In this document: positions 39,060 through 50,900 of the stretch, in pieces
Layout of the letters: each line of letters starts with the position of its first letter
How positions within the stretch are numbered: the first letter of the stretch is position 1
Assembly (NCBI GenBank): GCA_032718475.1
Contig: JAUCBJ010001457.1
Location: 98,919 to 162,918, forward strand
DNA from: Nemertoderma westbladi
Lineage: Eukaryota; Animalia; Xenacoelomorpha
Direction: 5' to 3'
Length of the DNA: 64,000 nt
The notes under the pieces: generated by a model
The model's input: the letters and a program-made list of their open reading frames with translations, nothing else
What the model was told of the DNA's origin: nothing
Databases searched by the model: none
Made by a program: the position numbers and the translations under genes

Positions 39060-42000
39060 CTATGTTTTTGTCGTCACCTGCCAGACGATTAAATGACTCC
39101 TATCGGATCGCTCAATGCGTGTCCCACCCGTTGCTAGGGAGTCATCCCCGGACCCACCAGCGGTTAACCGGAAGTCTATGTAACCCTCCCCCCCGCTGAC
39201 CACCAACGAGTTCACGAACCCGGGCGGCAGACCCAACGGGGAGTCTGTGTCGCCATGGTGACCCGAGGGTTCCTTACTGCCGACCCCGGCCACGCAGACA
39301 ATAAACTGAACCGAGTCCTTGTGTCCGTGGAAGGATAACATCGACTGACTCATGTTGCAGTAAGGAACCGTGGAGGAGGGAATGATGCGATGGGTGTAGG
39401 AGTCGGAGTAGACACGGACTACAGCTCCGGGTCTACGGGAGGTGGGACTTCCATGGGGGACCGCCGTCTGGTCTATAAACGGGATGGAGACCACGACCCC
39501 GTTCCCGCTGCCCACCCACAGACGGTTGGCCGCAACGGACAGACAGGTGACCCGCACCAGAGAGAACCCCAGCCGCCCCGAACCCAGCATCTTACTAACG
39601 TACGGCTCGATGTCTACGTCCTGTAGGTGCTGGAACGTGATCGCGTGGTACAACCGCAGCGTCGAGTCCAGCCGGATGGACAACCAGACTCCGTCCCGGA
39701 ACCACGCCAGCTGACGGATCTGGCTCTCCTTCCGTGGATGCGCGTCGAACGTGGCGACTACCGCAAGGGACCGCGGCTCGATGACGTGCACCTTGTTCCG
39801 GTAACCGGCCCACACGTTGCTATGTACGCGGGCCATGCAGCGGACACTGTGCCGCGGTCGCCCGAGGTCCAGGAGGTGGTAGTCCCCGAGGTCCCACCGT
39901 CCGTCAACCCCGCGATGGAACACGGCCACATTCCCGTCCGCCAACCCCACCAGCACACGGCCGCGCGCGTGCGCCACAGACAGCACAGAGTCGCGCAGCT
40001 TGGTCGCGGCCACGCATCGCTTCCATTGCGACACCGCTGAGTGAACCGCGAGTCGGCCGTTCTGGGAACCGAACCACATCGTCGCCGCTGCGGAAGCCAC
40101 CCCGAGGGGGTTCGCGCTGGAGGAGAGCCCGTCCTTCACAAGGTCGCTATCCCTTCCTCGATCCGCCGCTAAGGGCGTACCGGTATTCGGCCGCTCCTCT
40201 CCGCCGCCAATTCCCGAGCGCTCCGCTAAGGGCGTCCGAATCTCCGACAAAGAATCGCCGCTACGATCGACAACATTATCTTCTATTTGTTCCAGAACAT
40301 CGTCGTTTTTACTTTCGGTTTCGTGGGACAACTGCAAGGACTCCATGGCAACACTGGTTGGGATGGTCTCCAAGGGCAACTCGACGTTTCCTTGACGAGC
40401 GGGGACGCCAGAGTCCGGATCCACGGCGCGGAGGATTCGGGTTACTCCCCCCAACCCTCCGGGCTCCGAGGAACTCCGACTGAGGTCGACGACCTCCTCG
40501 GTCTCCGGGTAGTCCTCCTCGCTGGCCCCCGGGACGCTCGCCACGCACAGAACGTGCGACTCGCCGACCGGGAACTCCTCGATAACCTCCGAGGGGCTGT
40601 TCGCATCCACCACCGTCACAACGCTGAGGTTCTGGGACGACGAGACGACCCACACGATCCCGCAACTCGACTCCTTCTCGATCTGTTTCGAGTGCCTCTC
40701 CAACTCCTTGTTGAGTTTGTCGACCTCCTCGTCGGCGTCCGACGACTCGTCCGGTTTCTCGCTGTAGAAGACGGACGCCCCGATTATACTGCCGCCGTCC
40801 CGGGTGCGCCCGCCGGACAGGTTTACGCCGGACGCGCACCACATTCGGACGCCGGGCCGTCGGACCAGAAGCGGTCGGCAGTAGACCGGGACCGGGACCC
40901 CGGAGGCCAGACGGGAGGGGCCGCCGACCCGGTGGGCAGTGGGCAGCGACCAGCCGTAGGCCTGGGTACGTCCGTCGGTAGGCCGAGGGGTAGGCCGACC
41001 GGTAGGCCGCTGGGTCGACTCCTCCAAGAACTCGAAGGCCCGCGGCCGGTTGGGATCCGGGACGATCCGTCGACTGGGACCCGGAGATACGACGCCATCT
41101 CGCGGCGAACTCGAGTACTTTACGGGCGCGTTGGTAGCCGAGGACCGCCGCTGCGACTTGGAGGGGCTCGACTGGCCGAACAGACTGCTGAACAGCTTCC
41201 ATATGGAACCGCGACGTCTGTGGGGCTGGGCCTCCAGGTTGGCGTTGTCCTTGGTCGCTCTCAACAACTCGTTCCAACGAACCGCCTCCTGCAGTTCCAT
41301 CAATCGTTCCTTGTACTGGTTACGTTCCATCAGCACCCTCGCCATCTCCACCCGGGTGAACCGTTTCTTCTGCAGCATACCTCCCTCCTCCTCCCCTATA
41401 TCCTTGACCTCCTCTTTGGCCTTCAACGCCTCCAACTTGGCGGCCTTTACCGCCTCCTCCAACTCCACCAACCTCGTCCTCAACGTCTCTCTGTTGGACC
41501 GGATCGCTTCGTACTCCCCGAATAGAACCTCCATCCGACAGTTAACGTCGTCCAGCTGATTGATAAGATCGTCCTTCACCACATTGAGTGCGTCTTTAGT
41601 CTCCCGTAGTTGAGAGTTCTCCAGGATGATGGCTTCCACTTCCTTGCTCATTGTCGAGTAATCATCCAGGAGTCTGTCAGTCGGCTCGTCGTCCTTTGGA
41701 TCTTCCAATTCGTCGGTTTCGTCGAGGTTGGCCCCGGCGTCGACCCCGGTGAGGTCGTGGTACGACATCTCGTGGTAGATACTGGAATGAGCGATCTCGG
41801 TGGGGGACATACTGCCGACGGGGGTGACAATGGTGAGAGGGGCGAGGGGGACGGGAAGGGAGAGGGTCGAGGGTGGGGTGGGGGAGGGTTGGGTGGAGGC
41901 CGGGGTGGGGCTGGGATGTGTGGCGGACGGGGTTTGACAGGGTTGGGTGGCGGGCGGGTTAGGACAGGGTTGGGTATCGGGCAGGGTGGGACAGGGTTGT

Positions 42001-42911
42001 GTGGCCGGTGGGGAGGGTACAGGAGGGGTTGAATCCCCCACCTCGGTGTTGGACTCGACCACCCCAGTGCGCCAGGAATCCCCCCGTAACCTACCCAATG
42101 GATCGACTATACCCTCGTCAACCTCGATCAACTCCTGTCTGATGGTTTTATCCTGATAGACGATAACGTCATCCTTGACCCTCTCTACGCGTAGACCCCT
42201 GACCCGCTCGCTATCCTGGCCCTCCGTAGAGACGGCGTAGACCAGCGGCGATTCCGCCTTCCCCCCGCCTGGAGGCGTCCGCAGACTGCTGGGGGTCCGG
42301 GGAGTGTCCGTCTCCCGTTGTGACCACTTCATACGATCGATGTGCTCCATGTATGTGTGAATCATCTCGGTGTGTCGCGAGTTGAGCGTCTGGTAATCCT
42401 TGCGCAACTCCTGTTCCCGCTCCTCGTATCGAACCAGATGTTCCCCGTAGTTCTTGAGTTTCGCTTCGAGTTGCCGCGTGCCGCTTTGCAGTTCGGTGAT
42501 GGTCCCCTGAAGGTCCACCTTCTCCTGCTCGTAATGATCCTCGCCATGGATCATCTTCTGGTCTGATTGTTTCCGCAGCTGTTTCTCGCGTTCGTACTGC
42601 GTCATCAGCTGCTCGTTGTCCTCCTTGAGCAGTTCAATCTCGACGTCCCGTTCGTGTGAGTCGACCACCGATTGGTCCAACCCCTCCAGCAACGCGACAA
42701 CCAACGGCATTAATCGTTTGATACAATCCTCGTTGTAATTCGCGATAATTCGCTCGAACTCCTTGTAGACGGTGCTCGCAAGGTTGGCAACCCGTGGTGA
42801 CATCATCGACGCTGTGCTATTATTAGAAACATCGTCATCGTTCATAGAAGACGAAGGACTTCCGGCACCAGAATAAATAATCTCACTAGATATCGAATTA
42901 TCGTCAGCCAT
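39060..42911 (-). CDS. MAPK8IP3: JNK-interacting protein 3/4 (JIP3/SPAG9, Sunday driver/UNC-16), intronless, about 1,280 aa
   Basis: RH1 domain MSPRVANLASTVYKEFERII...LMPLVV, leucine zipper MSKEVEAIILENSQLRETKDALNVVKDDLI, RH2 RFTRVEMARVLMERNQYKERLMELQEAVRW, VPVPVYCRPL, WD-like C-terminus with FHGHKDSVQF and SHLIVWQV. The start could also be the ATG at 42920. Confidence 0.95.
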   Translation of the reverse strand: MADDNSISSEIIYSGAGSPSSSMNDDDVSNNSTASMMSPRVANLASTVYKEFERIIANYNEDCIKRLMPLVVALLEGLDQSVVDSHERDVEIELLKEDNEQLMTQYEREKQLRKQSDQKMIHGEDHYEQEKVDLQGTITELQSGTRQLEAKLKNYGEHLVRYEEREQELRKDYQTLNSRHTEMIHTYMEHIDRMKWSQRETDTPRTPSSLRTPPGGGKAESPLVYAVSTEGQDSERVRGLRVERVKDDVIVYQDKTIRQELIEVDEGIVDPLGRLRGDSWRTGVVESNTEVGDSTPPVPSPPATQPCPTLPDTQPCPNPPATQPCQTPSATHPSPTPASTQPSPTPPSTLSLPVPLAPLTIVTPVGSMSPTEIAHSSIYHEMSYHDLTGVDAGANLDETDELEDPKDDEPTDRLLDDYSTMSKEVEAIILENSQLRETKDALNVVKDDLINQLDDVNCRMEVLFGEYEAIRSNRETLRTRLVELEEAVKAAKLEALKAKEEVKDIGEEEGGMLQKKRFTRVEMARVLMERNQYKERLMELQEAVRWNELLRATKDNANLEAQPHRRRGSIWKLFSSLFGQSSPSKSQRRSSATNAPVKYSSSPRDGVVSPGPSRRIVPDPNRPRAFEFLEESTQRPTGRPTPRPTDGRTQAYGWSLPTAHRVGGPSRLASGVPVPVYCRPLLVRRPGVRMWCASGVNLSGGRTRDGGSIIGASVFYSEKPDESSDADEEVDKLNKELERHSKQIEKESSCGIVWVVSSSQNLSVVTVVDANSPSEVIEEFPVGESHVLCVASVPGASEEDYPETEEVVDLSRSSSEPGGLGGVTRILRAVDPDSGVPARQGNVELPLETIPTSVAMESLQLSHETESKNDDVLEQIEDNVVDRSGDSLSEIRTPLAERSGIGGGEERPNTGTPLAADRGRDSDLVKDGLSSSANPLGVASAAATMWFGSQNGRLAVHSAVSQWKRCVAATKLRDSVLSVAHARGRVLVGLADGNVAVFHRGVDGRWDLGDYHLLDLGRPRHSVRCMARVHSNVWAGYRNKVHVIEPRSLAVVATFDAHPRKESQIRQLAWFRDGVWLSIRLDSTLRLYHAITFQHLQDVDIEPYVSKMLGSGRLGFSLVRVTCLSVAANRLWVGSGNGVVVSIPFIDQTAVPHGSPTSRRPGAVVRVYSDSYTHRIIPSSTVPYCNMSQSMLSFHGHKDSVQFIVCVAGVGSKEPSGHHGDTDSPLGLPPGFVNSLVVSGGEGYIDFRLTAGGSGDDSLATGGTRIERSDRSHLIVWQVTTKT

Positions 42912-43451
42912 AACGTTCATTCGATTCAGTTGTTCATAACTAAAAATCAATTATGATTAAACAGTTAAAAGGATGTGATGAAGGCCTTTCTGATGTTAAA
43001 ACTATTCCCCTCTTTGGTATATAAAATACATATAGGCATAACTCTGTAACTCGTGACTCAGTGTACAATATTAAAATTATATTAGAGTTTCTAACACTAA
43101 GTAAAACGTGAAAGCAACATTATTGTTATTTAGGCCTATTCTGCTATTATATTAATTGATTGGCTGAACCCGCTGAAGTTGATGTTTTTATATATGGTAC
43201 GGTACCAGCCTGGAAAAAGTCACCAAGGCGCGCACAACGCCCGCGCACTTCATTGCCAACCGCGCATTCCCATATAGAAAAATCGCGCACCCCAAGAATC
43301 TTAACCGCGCACCCCAAAAATCTCAACCGCGCACCCAAAAAATTCAACCGCGCACCCCCAGACCCCGAAAATAAAAGGTAGGATAGGCCTAGTGTAGTTT
43401 AAATTGCGCGAGACTACTGCTACGACTACCGCAAGCCTGACACGGCGGTAC

Positions 43452-46050
43452 AATTTATTATTTATTATTATTATCACTCTATGTATTTATAAAAATTAAA
43501 TTAAAAGTACATGAGGAGAGAAAACAACCAGGTTATTAAAAATTAAACACTTATGGTTGCCCGAGCAGGCTCTAAAATTACACAAAAATACAGAAATATA
43601 TTCTACAAAATAAAATTAAAATTAACGCAACAATGTCATAGTCTACGAATTTCTGAAAATTGATAAAAAAATAAAAATAAAAAATAAATTTGGTGCAGTG
43701 AATAAAGATATCATATTTACATTCAAAATAAAAAAGCATAAAACGGTGCAGTAGAATAGACAGAAGCAGTGCTGAAAATATAAAATCAAATAAATACAAG
43801 GGTACAGTAAACAGTAAGCTATGTGCAATAAAATATTCACAATAAAAATTGATTGTTATGATTCACAAAAATAATCAAAAAAAATAAAAATAAAAATATG
43901 CGCATGTTTACAAATTTCTATTAAATTTACAAAAAGATAGCAGGTCAAGGTCTTTAAGCTTTTTGGAAAATAAAAATTTACTTTCAGTATTGACAGTTTC
44001 CGATGGGAGCCAGTTCCAAATTGGAACTACTCGGTGGGCAAAATTATTCTTGCACATTAGAAGCCTCGACTGTTTATGGTAGAGTTTAAGCTCGTGACCT
44101 CTAAGTCCAGCTCTCGGCGCAATAGTGAAGAAATCGTTCAAATTTAAGTCGATATTACTGTAAACTATAGAATGTGCCATTTTTAAGTCAAAAATAACAC
44201 GGCGCACTTCGAGAGGTTGTAGTTTTAATATCCTAATCCTATCTAAATAACCTACAGGTTCCAAATTGCACCGTCGAAAAAGTCGGCGCGTAAAATATCT
44301 TTGTACACGCTCAAGGAGATCAATTGCTCCAACATGATAGGGCGACCAAACAGAGGTGCAATATTCTAATAAAGGTCGTACATAGGATTTAAAAGCAGTG
44401 AGAAAGGCACGAGTATTATTTGTACAGAAGCATCTGAAAATAATATTTACAATCTTGAACGCCTTGGAAACTTGTTCACGACAATATAGGTTAAAATTTA
44501 AGTCACTGCACATGGTAATTCCCAAGTCCCTACACGATGCATTCAGTTTCAAAATACTACCGCACAACTGGTAAGTAATAGCACCATTATCTCGGCCGTA
44601 TGTTCCTATTTGAAGCACATGGCACTTATGAGCTGCAACTTTCAATTGCCAAGTATCAGCCCAAGATTCCAAAATATGTAGAGCACGAATTAAATTAGTA
44701 CAGTCGGTGACTACTGAATGCAACTTAACATCATCAGCGAACAAATTACACGTCACAAAATGCACCACATCTGGTAAGTCGTTAATAAAAATTATAAACA
44801 ACATCGGCCCTAATACTGTTCCTTGAGGAGTGCCCGAAATGACGTCACATACGGTAGAAAAGGCATTACCAACAACAACTTGTTGAGTTCGATTCGTTAA
44901 AAAAGCTGTGAACCATAATATAAGATTCCCAGAAATCCCATAACTGGCTAATTTAGCGATAAGTTTACTGTGCACCACCGAATCAAAAGCCTTAGAGAAA
45001 TCAATATACACTACATCTATACTCTTTCTTTTATCTAGTAAATTGCACCATTCATTAACACAGTTCAATAGTTGGGTACAGGTCGAACGTTTTTTCAGGA
45101 AACCATGCTGTGCCTTGTTTATAAGTTTGTGCAAATATAAATACGATAACAATTCATCTTTAATGCACAATTCCATTACTTTACATGCTATGCAAGTAAG
45201 TGAAACAGGCCTGTAATTATAAGGGTCGGAAGCATCATTTTTCTTATACACAGGTACAACATATGCTGTCAACCAAATAGTAGGTAAAGCATGGCTGATA
45301 AAAGAAACCTGAAAAATAACCGATAATGGGGCAGCAAGACACGATGCAAGTTTTGAATACAAAAAGCTAGGAAAATTGTCTGGCGTTCGACTTGTTTTGG
45401 CACCAATTTTATTTAGCATAGCAAATACATTTACTGGAGAAAAATCGATAGTAGACTTATTGGCATTTAATGGGGCTCGCCTTGCAAACATGGGAGTATT
45501 CCCATTATCTACTGTAAAGTTTTCGGCGAAAACTTGGGAAAGAATATTAGCTTTCTCCAAGTCATCAACGACTGTAGCACCTTTGTATTTGAATGGGGAA
45601 ATTCCTGATTTAAGATTACGTTTATTGTTTATGTAACTAAAAATATCACTTAAATTACCAGATGAAAGAATGCGGTTTTCCCTAATGCAAGCAGCTCTAA
45701 AGGTAGCACGCGAGGCCGCTTTAGCACATTTTTTGTACTCCTTTTCACCATTGACAGTGTGGCGTCGCCGCCAAAGATGTTTCTTTTTACGTTGCAATAA
45801 TCTTACAAACTCAGGGAAAACGTTATTCTTCTTACTTTTACAAACATTAAAAGGTATAAATTTCTTAATACCATTACTAATGATTGCACCAAACCCATCC
45901 CAAAAATCATTAACAGAGACACAATTTTCAAATAATAAATTCCAGTTAGTGTCATTTAAGTATTCAGAAAAACCTTCATAATTCCCTAGTTTAAAATCAT
46001 AAAAACCAACATCGGATGTGGAATCAATACGATTAGATGATAAAATATTA
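43452..46050 (-). mobile_element. 5'-truncated CR1-type LINE with intact RT part of ORF2 (ORF 43908-46100), 3' UTR and (TAA)n tail
   Basis: Motifs NYRPVSLT, QHGF, DFSKAFDSV, GTPQGTVLGPMLF, LFADD and YVRPLLEYCTSVWSPY. (TTA)n run on + at ~43455-43473. No endonuclease domain. Confidence 0.92.
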
Positions 46051-46775
46051 AAAAAAATTAAAAAAAATTTAGTAGCAGACTGATTGCTGCCCAAGCCCAA
46101 CGAAAATCGTATAAATCGTAGGCCTACTTACTGCAATACTGTATTACACATTTATTTATTTATTTACATTTATTATTTGCAAAAACACTAATTATTATCA
46201 CAATAATAGTTAATGATTAGAAAAAATTAAATCAAGAAGTAGATAATTAAACTAAGTTGTTAGGCGCATCCGCATATACTGTACACGTACAGTTCACGTA
46301 CGTACTATTATTTTACTGTATTATTATAGTTATACTGTAGATACAGTAAGAGTATTTGAATAACAACGTAAACCAATCTCGATGTAAAACAATCGTATGT
46401 TTTTCAAAAATGTTGATCAGTTGTTTAAAACAAGTGTGACGTTATGCTGTTATGAAAGGTTTCATTAAAAAAATTTATATTTAAAATTGTATGCCTACAG
46501 TATATTTCTCTAGTTCAATTTTGGAATAAAAAATTTCATTGCGTAATCTAATAACTATTTACGTACATGTATAATGCGTACATGGAGTTCTTGGAAATGC
46601 TGCGACCAGAGTAAGTACGGAAACGGAAATAAGGTAGCATAATGTAATCAGGTCATACTGTATGTTTAGGTTAACCGATCACAGTTCTGAATTAAAAGTG
46701 TAATGTTCTTAGTGGAATGATATACTTTTATTTGTATATTTACATTCATATTTATGTACTTTTATTTGTTTATTT

Positions 46776-47153
46776 AAAGGTCAGCAATAATATTAAAGGT
46801 TTTAAAAAGAATATTAGAGAATTTCAAAACATATTTTCGGCCGAAATTTCGGCCGAAAATGACATCAAATGAAAGAGCTGAAAAAATTTAATAAAATATT
46901 TCAGCCGAAAATGACATCAAATTGAAGAGCTGAAAAAATGTAATAATATATTTCGGCCGAAAATTCAGTCGAAATTTCGGCCGAAAATGACATCAAATGA
47001 AAGAGCTGAAAAAATGTAACAAAATATTCGAAATGTTAAACCAAATATCATAATAAACTATAAAACAAAATATTATTTTAAATTTCGGCCGAAAATATGT
47101 TTTGAAATTCTCTAATATTCTTTTTAAAACCTTTAATATTATTGCTGACCTTT
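46776..47153. mobile_element. MITE/foldback element with ~74-bp TIRs and internal GGCCGAAAATGACATCAAATGAAAGAGCTGAAAAAA repeats
   Basis: 46776-46849 is the reverse complement of 47080-47153. Three internal direct repeats. No clear TSD. Confidence 0.75.
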
Positions 47154-47282
47154 TGGCGTTAACGGCACCTCATATTTACCTTGCCAAGTAATAGTGTTAT
47201 GATAAAAAACTAATAAATTTTGAACTAAAAAAATAACTGTTTTTCTAAACATATGCTTAAAACAAATGTAAGTATGGAAATC

Positions 47283-47830
47283 TGTTAGCTTATTCAATCC
47301 CGCTAACACCCCATAAAGTTAAGCCGATAAGCAATATTGGGAGCCACGAGATTGGGTAATTAACCAACTCGTGCCATCCCAATGAGAATGGGAAGGAGAA
47401 GCACACAATGAGGGTCAGGGGCCAAACCCCTAACCCAGAGAGAACAGGTGGAGTGAACGGGAACACTCCAAAGGGCGCCAACAAGGGTATCAACCAATCA
47501 GAGGGGGGAAAGGCATCGATTAGGTAGAGTAACAAGGCCAACCGTGCAATATAGCCACTTGGCAGTAATCATATCAATTCAGTTATCTCAGTGCAATGTT
47601 GGTGCTAGTTTAGGTTACATAGTTTAGCTAGGGAAGGACCGGGACTTTAGTTACCGTATCCCGCCTTCCGTATACAACAACCATATTATCTCATATCTAT
47701 ACCTATATCTATATCTGTATACCCAAATATTATATACGACGAACAGCACAAACTCATTTACTCTTTATACACGGCGGGGACGCGTGAACTAACACCGGAT
47801 AAACCGGGATCCCTCTTGGATCCCGTCACA
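47283..47830 (+). repeat. 5' LTR of element A (548 bp)
   Basis: Matches 61069-61617 except one substitution (caatgttgg/caatattgg) and one 1-bp indel near the 3' end, as read by eye. Confidence 0.97.
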
Positions 47831-47930
47831 GTAACTAAATCGAGCTGCCGCCCTAGTTAAACTGTAAAACTAACTAAACCAACTGCTGGCCTAACTAGTT
47901 AAACCACCAGCCACCAACCTGCAGAAGGAG

Positions 47931-50900
47931 ATGAGTCAGTCGGGAGAAATAACACCGACGCGGACCCCGGACGAAGAACAAACGATCCGCGAGGCCGCGA
48001 CCAGGCGGTATAGGCCCACGACGCCGGAGCCATCGGTAACGGGCGACCCGGAAGTTCAAGATAAGGGGGACCATCTGGAATCAGAAGCCGAGTCGAGAGG
48101 AGGGGGGATCGAGTCGGAGGACAGAGAGAACGAGCTCGAGGGAGAAGGAGACGAGTCGACACGGGACGGAGGTCGACGCACCGGTGTCGCCGGCCAGCCA
48201 CAGGCCGAGGGCGACGAGCGGCCCACCGAAACGGCGACGGTGGGGCCGACGGTGCGGCGCCAGACGCGGAGAAATGGAGGAGAAATCGGTACCGATGTTG
48301 CCGGCCAGCCACAGGCCGAGGGCGACGGACGGCCCACCAGAACGGCGACGGTGGGGCCGCCGGTACGACGTCGGACCCGGAGAGATGGACGTGAGGTCGG
48401 CGACGAGGACGTCGGGGTTTCTGAGCGACTTCGACGGGCCTACAACGCGACCCGGAGACTACTAGAGGAGGCCAGAAAGGGGAAGACGATAGACGAGGTA
48501 AAACTAAAGTCAGGACTAGGTAAGTCGGACAGACATTTATATTATCTGTTGCGCTTCGGGCAGAGAGAACTAGCCGAGGAGAGAGCGAAAGGGGTTGCCA
48601 GTGAACTGTTTGAACTATGGGAATGTGGGAGTATGGAACCTAGCGTAGCATCAGTGTACATAGGGCCATACTTGGTCGATGCCCGGGGAGTAAAATCAGT
48701 GGGTTGGAACAGACCTGAGGAGGGCAAATCCGAGGTTGACCCCGAGGATTCGGCCTCGTCGGTCGGAGGAAGTTCCGGGAAGCGGGGGAAAGTTAGTAGA
48801 TCGGGAAGGCGGAGGGAGTCCGTCGTAACCGATAAGTCTGCTACATCCTCCGCAAAAGGAAGACGGGTGAGAGAGGTAGGTGCCGTGTACCGTCTCGACC
48901 TGATAGAGCAAGGTCAGAAGGAAATGGATAAACGGTTGGAGGAGGGGAGAATGCGGCTAGAGAGGGAAGCGGCATTGATTAGAGAAACCGGAGAGAGGGC
49001 CGAAAGGGCTTTGAGAGGCCTTAGGGAGTGTGAGGAAATAGAGGAAAAGGAGTGTAGGGAACGTGAGGCGAGAGAGGAAAGGGAACGCATAAGGAGCATG
49101 AGGCGAGAGAGGAAAGGGAACGCAAAGAGCGTGAGGCGGAACGCAAGGACCATGAGGCGAGAGAGGAAAAGGAACGCAAGGAGCGTGAGGCGAGAGAGGA
49201 AAAGGAACGCAAGGAGCGTGAGGCGAGACGGGAAAGTGAACGCAAGGAGCATGAAGCGAGGCGAAGGGAGAGCGCTAGGAGAGTAGCAGAGCTGGCTGAG
49301 CGGGACGCGCGGGAATGTGAGAGGAGAATGGTAGAAGCTGAGCGAGAGCAAAAGGAACTAAAGAGACGCCAAAGTGAGCTTGGGGAACATAGGATTAGAC
49401 GCATGCACGAGCTGCAACTGGTGCGGGCAGGGACGTCTGAGAGCGGGACTGGCTCGAGTATTCTAGGGGAGCCAGGGGCCGTGGATACATTTATTAATAC
49501 CCCATTTACAGGGACCGCACGACAGACCCAAAACTGGTGTGACCGTACGGGCAGGGGGGGGTAATAATGATAATGGTACAGTAGACGTGGTTAATATTAA
49601 TAGTACCGTATGGGATAATTCTAATCAAACCTTTATTGCAGGAAATAATTTACCTAGTGGTAGTAATTTAAATTTAAATCAAAATAATTCTAATATTAAT
49701 GTAGAAAATAATTCTAATATTAATGTAGCTACGCAAAATAATCCAAATAATCAAAGTAATAACCCAAATTCGAACTTACAAAATAATTTAAGTAACGCAA
49801 TTACACAAAATAATCCAAATAACTTAAATAATGATCCGAGCCCGAATTTACAAAATAATTCAGATGGTGTAGTCGCACAAAATAATTCAAATGATTTTGT
49901 TTCGAACGAACAAGTTGGTTCCGTTTCTAATATGGGTGCTATTAACATAAACACGTCGGGCGTGTATAGCCAGACAGACGGGGGCCTGGTAGGTCGTACA
50001 GTTAGTAGGCAGGGAGTAGCTGGGTCAGGTAGACCCAGCGAGGGCCTGGTAGGCCACGTAGTTGGTGGGCAGGAGGAGGCTGGGTTGAATAGACCCAGCG
50101 AGGGCCTGGTAGGCCACACAGTTAGTAGGCAGGGAGTAGCTGGATTAGTTTAGGTAGACCCAGCGAGGGCCTGGTAGGCCACATAGTTGCTAGGCAGGGA
50201 GCAGAGGGCCTGGTAGGCCACGTAATAGCAGAGGGAGAGGCGGGGGTGAATAGACCCGACCGCGGTAGGGTTGATGTGTCGACTAGAGGGGGATATAGTA
50301 GCGGGATGAGAGATGGCGAAATTAGATGTGGCGAGTGGGGGGGGGGGGGGGCTACAGGGGCCCCACAACAACGAGTTAGCGGCGAAAGGGGGGGGGGGGG
50401 GGCAGAGAGTGTCCCACAGCCGTCAGCGGATAATGCGCGGGCCGAAATAGGTAAACCGCAACAACCGGCGACGGAAAGTAATAGGGGGATTGCGAGTATC
50501 CCCAGCGGCGTGCGACCGAGCAGAGAGAGACAGGTTGACGTCGTAAGAGGGCGGACGAAGCGTCGAGCCCGATCGGAAGAGGGAAGAAGAACAGTGGGGT
50601 TTAACCGGGAGGTCGACGAGAGATCTCACGAGCGGGAATATTCCACCGAAAGGAGAAGAAGAGAAGACAGCAGTGGAGGTATCGGCGCGAACGATAGAAG
50701 AGCGAGGACGGATAGCGAGCCGTCGGTGGTTGAGATGAGAACGGAGAGTCGATGGGGTCGGACTCCGGGAGATTGCCGTCGCCCCGGAGAGATGCGACCC
50801 GGCGAGGCGCACTACGCGCCGATGGAGGGGTACGCGATGTACCGGTACGAAGACGAGAACAGTAGGGGGGGGGGGGGGGGGGGGTCGAAGAGAAACTTTC

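Noticed and set aside
39390-42566. Overlapping and antisense ORFs in JIP3 (e.g. 40287-41525, 40309-41277)
   Set aside because: Shadow ORFs expected in GC-rich coding DNA, with no recognisable motifs.
47290-47541. 83-aa hydrophobic antisense ORF in both LTRs of A
   Set aside because: Non-ATG start, and it is duplicated only because it lies in the LTR. The corresponding ORF in LTR B has different ends.
47790-47808. Resemblance of TAACACCGGATAAA to twister ribozyme segments
   Set aside because: The required pseudoknot pairings and remaining conserved core could not be found.
47831-47860. Canonical tRNA primer-binding site
   Set aside because: No TGG (complement of tRNA CCA) near the LTR end in A or B. 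Priming by an internal tRNA fragment cannot be excluded without a search.
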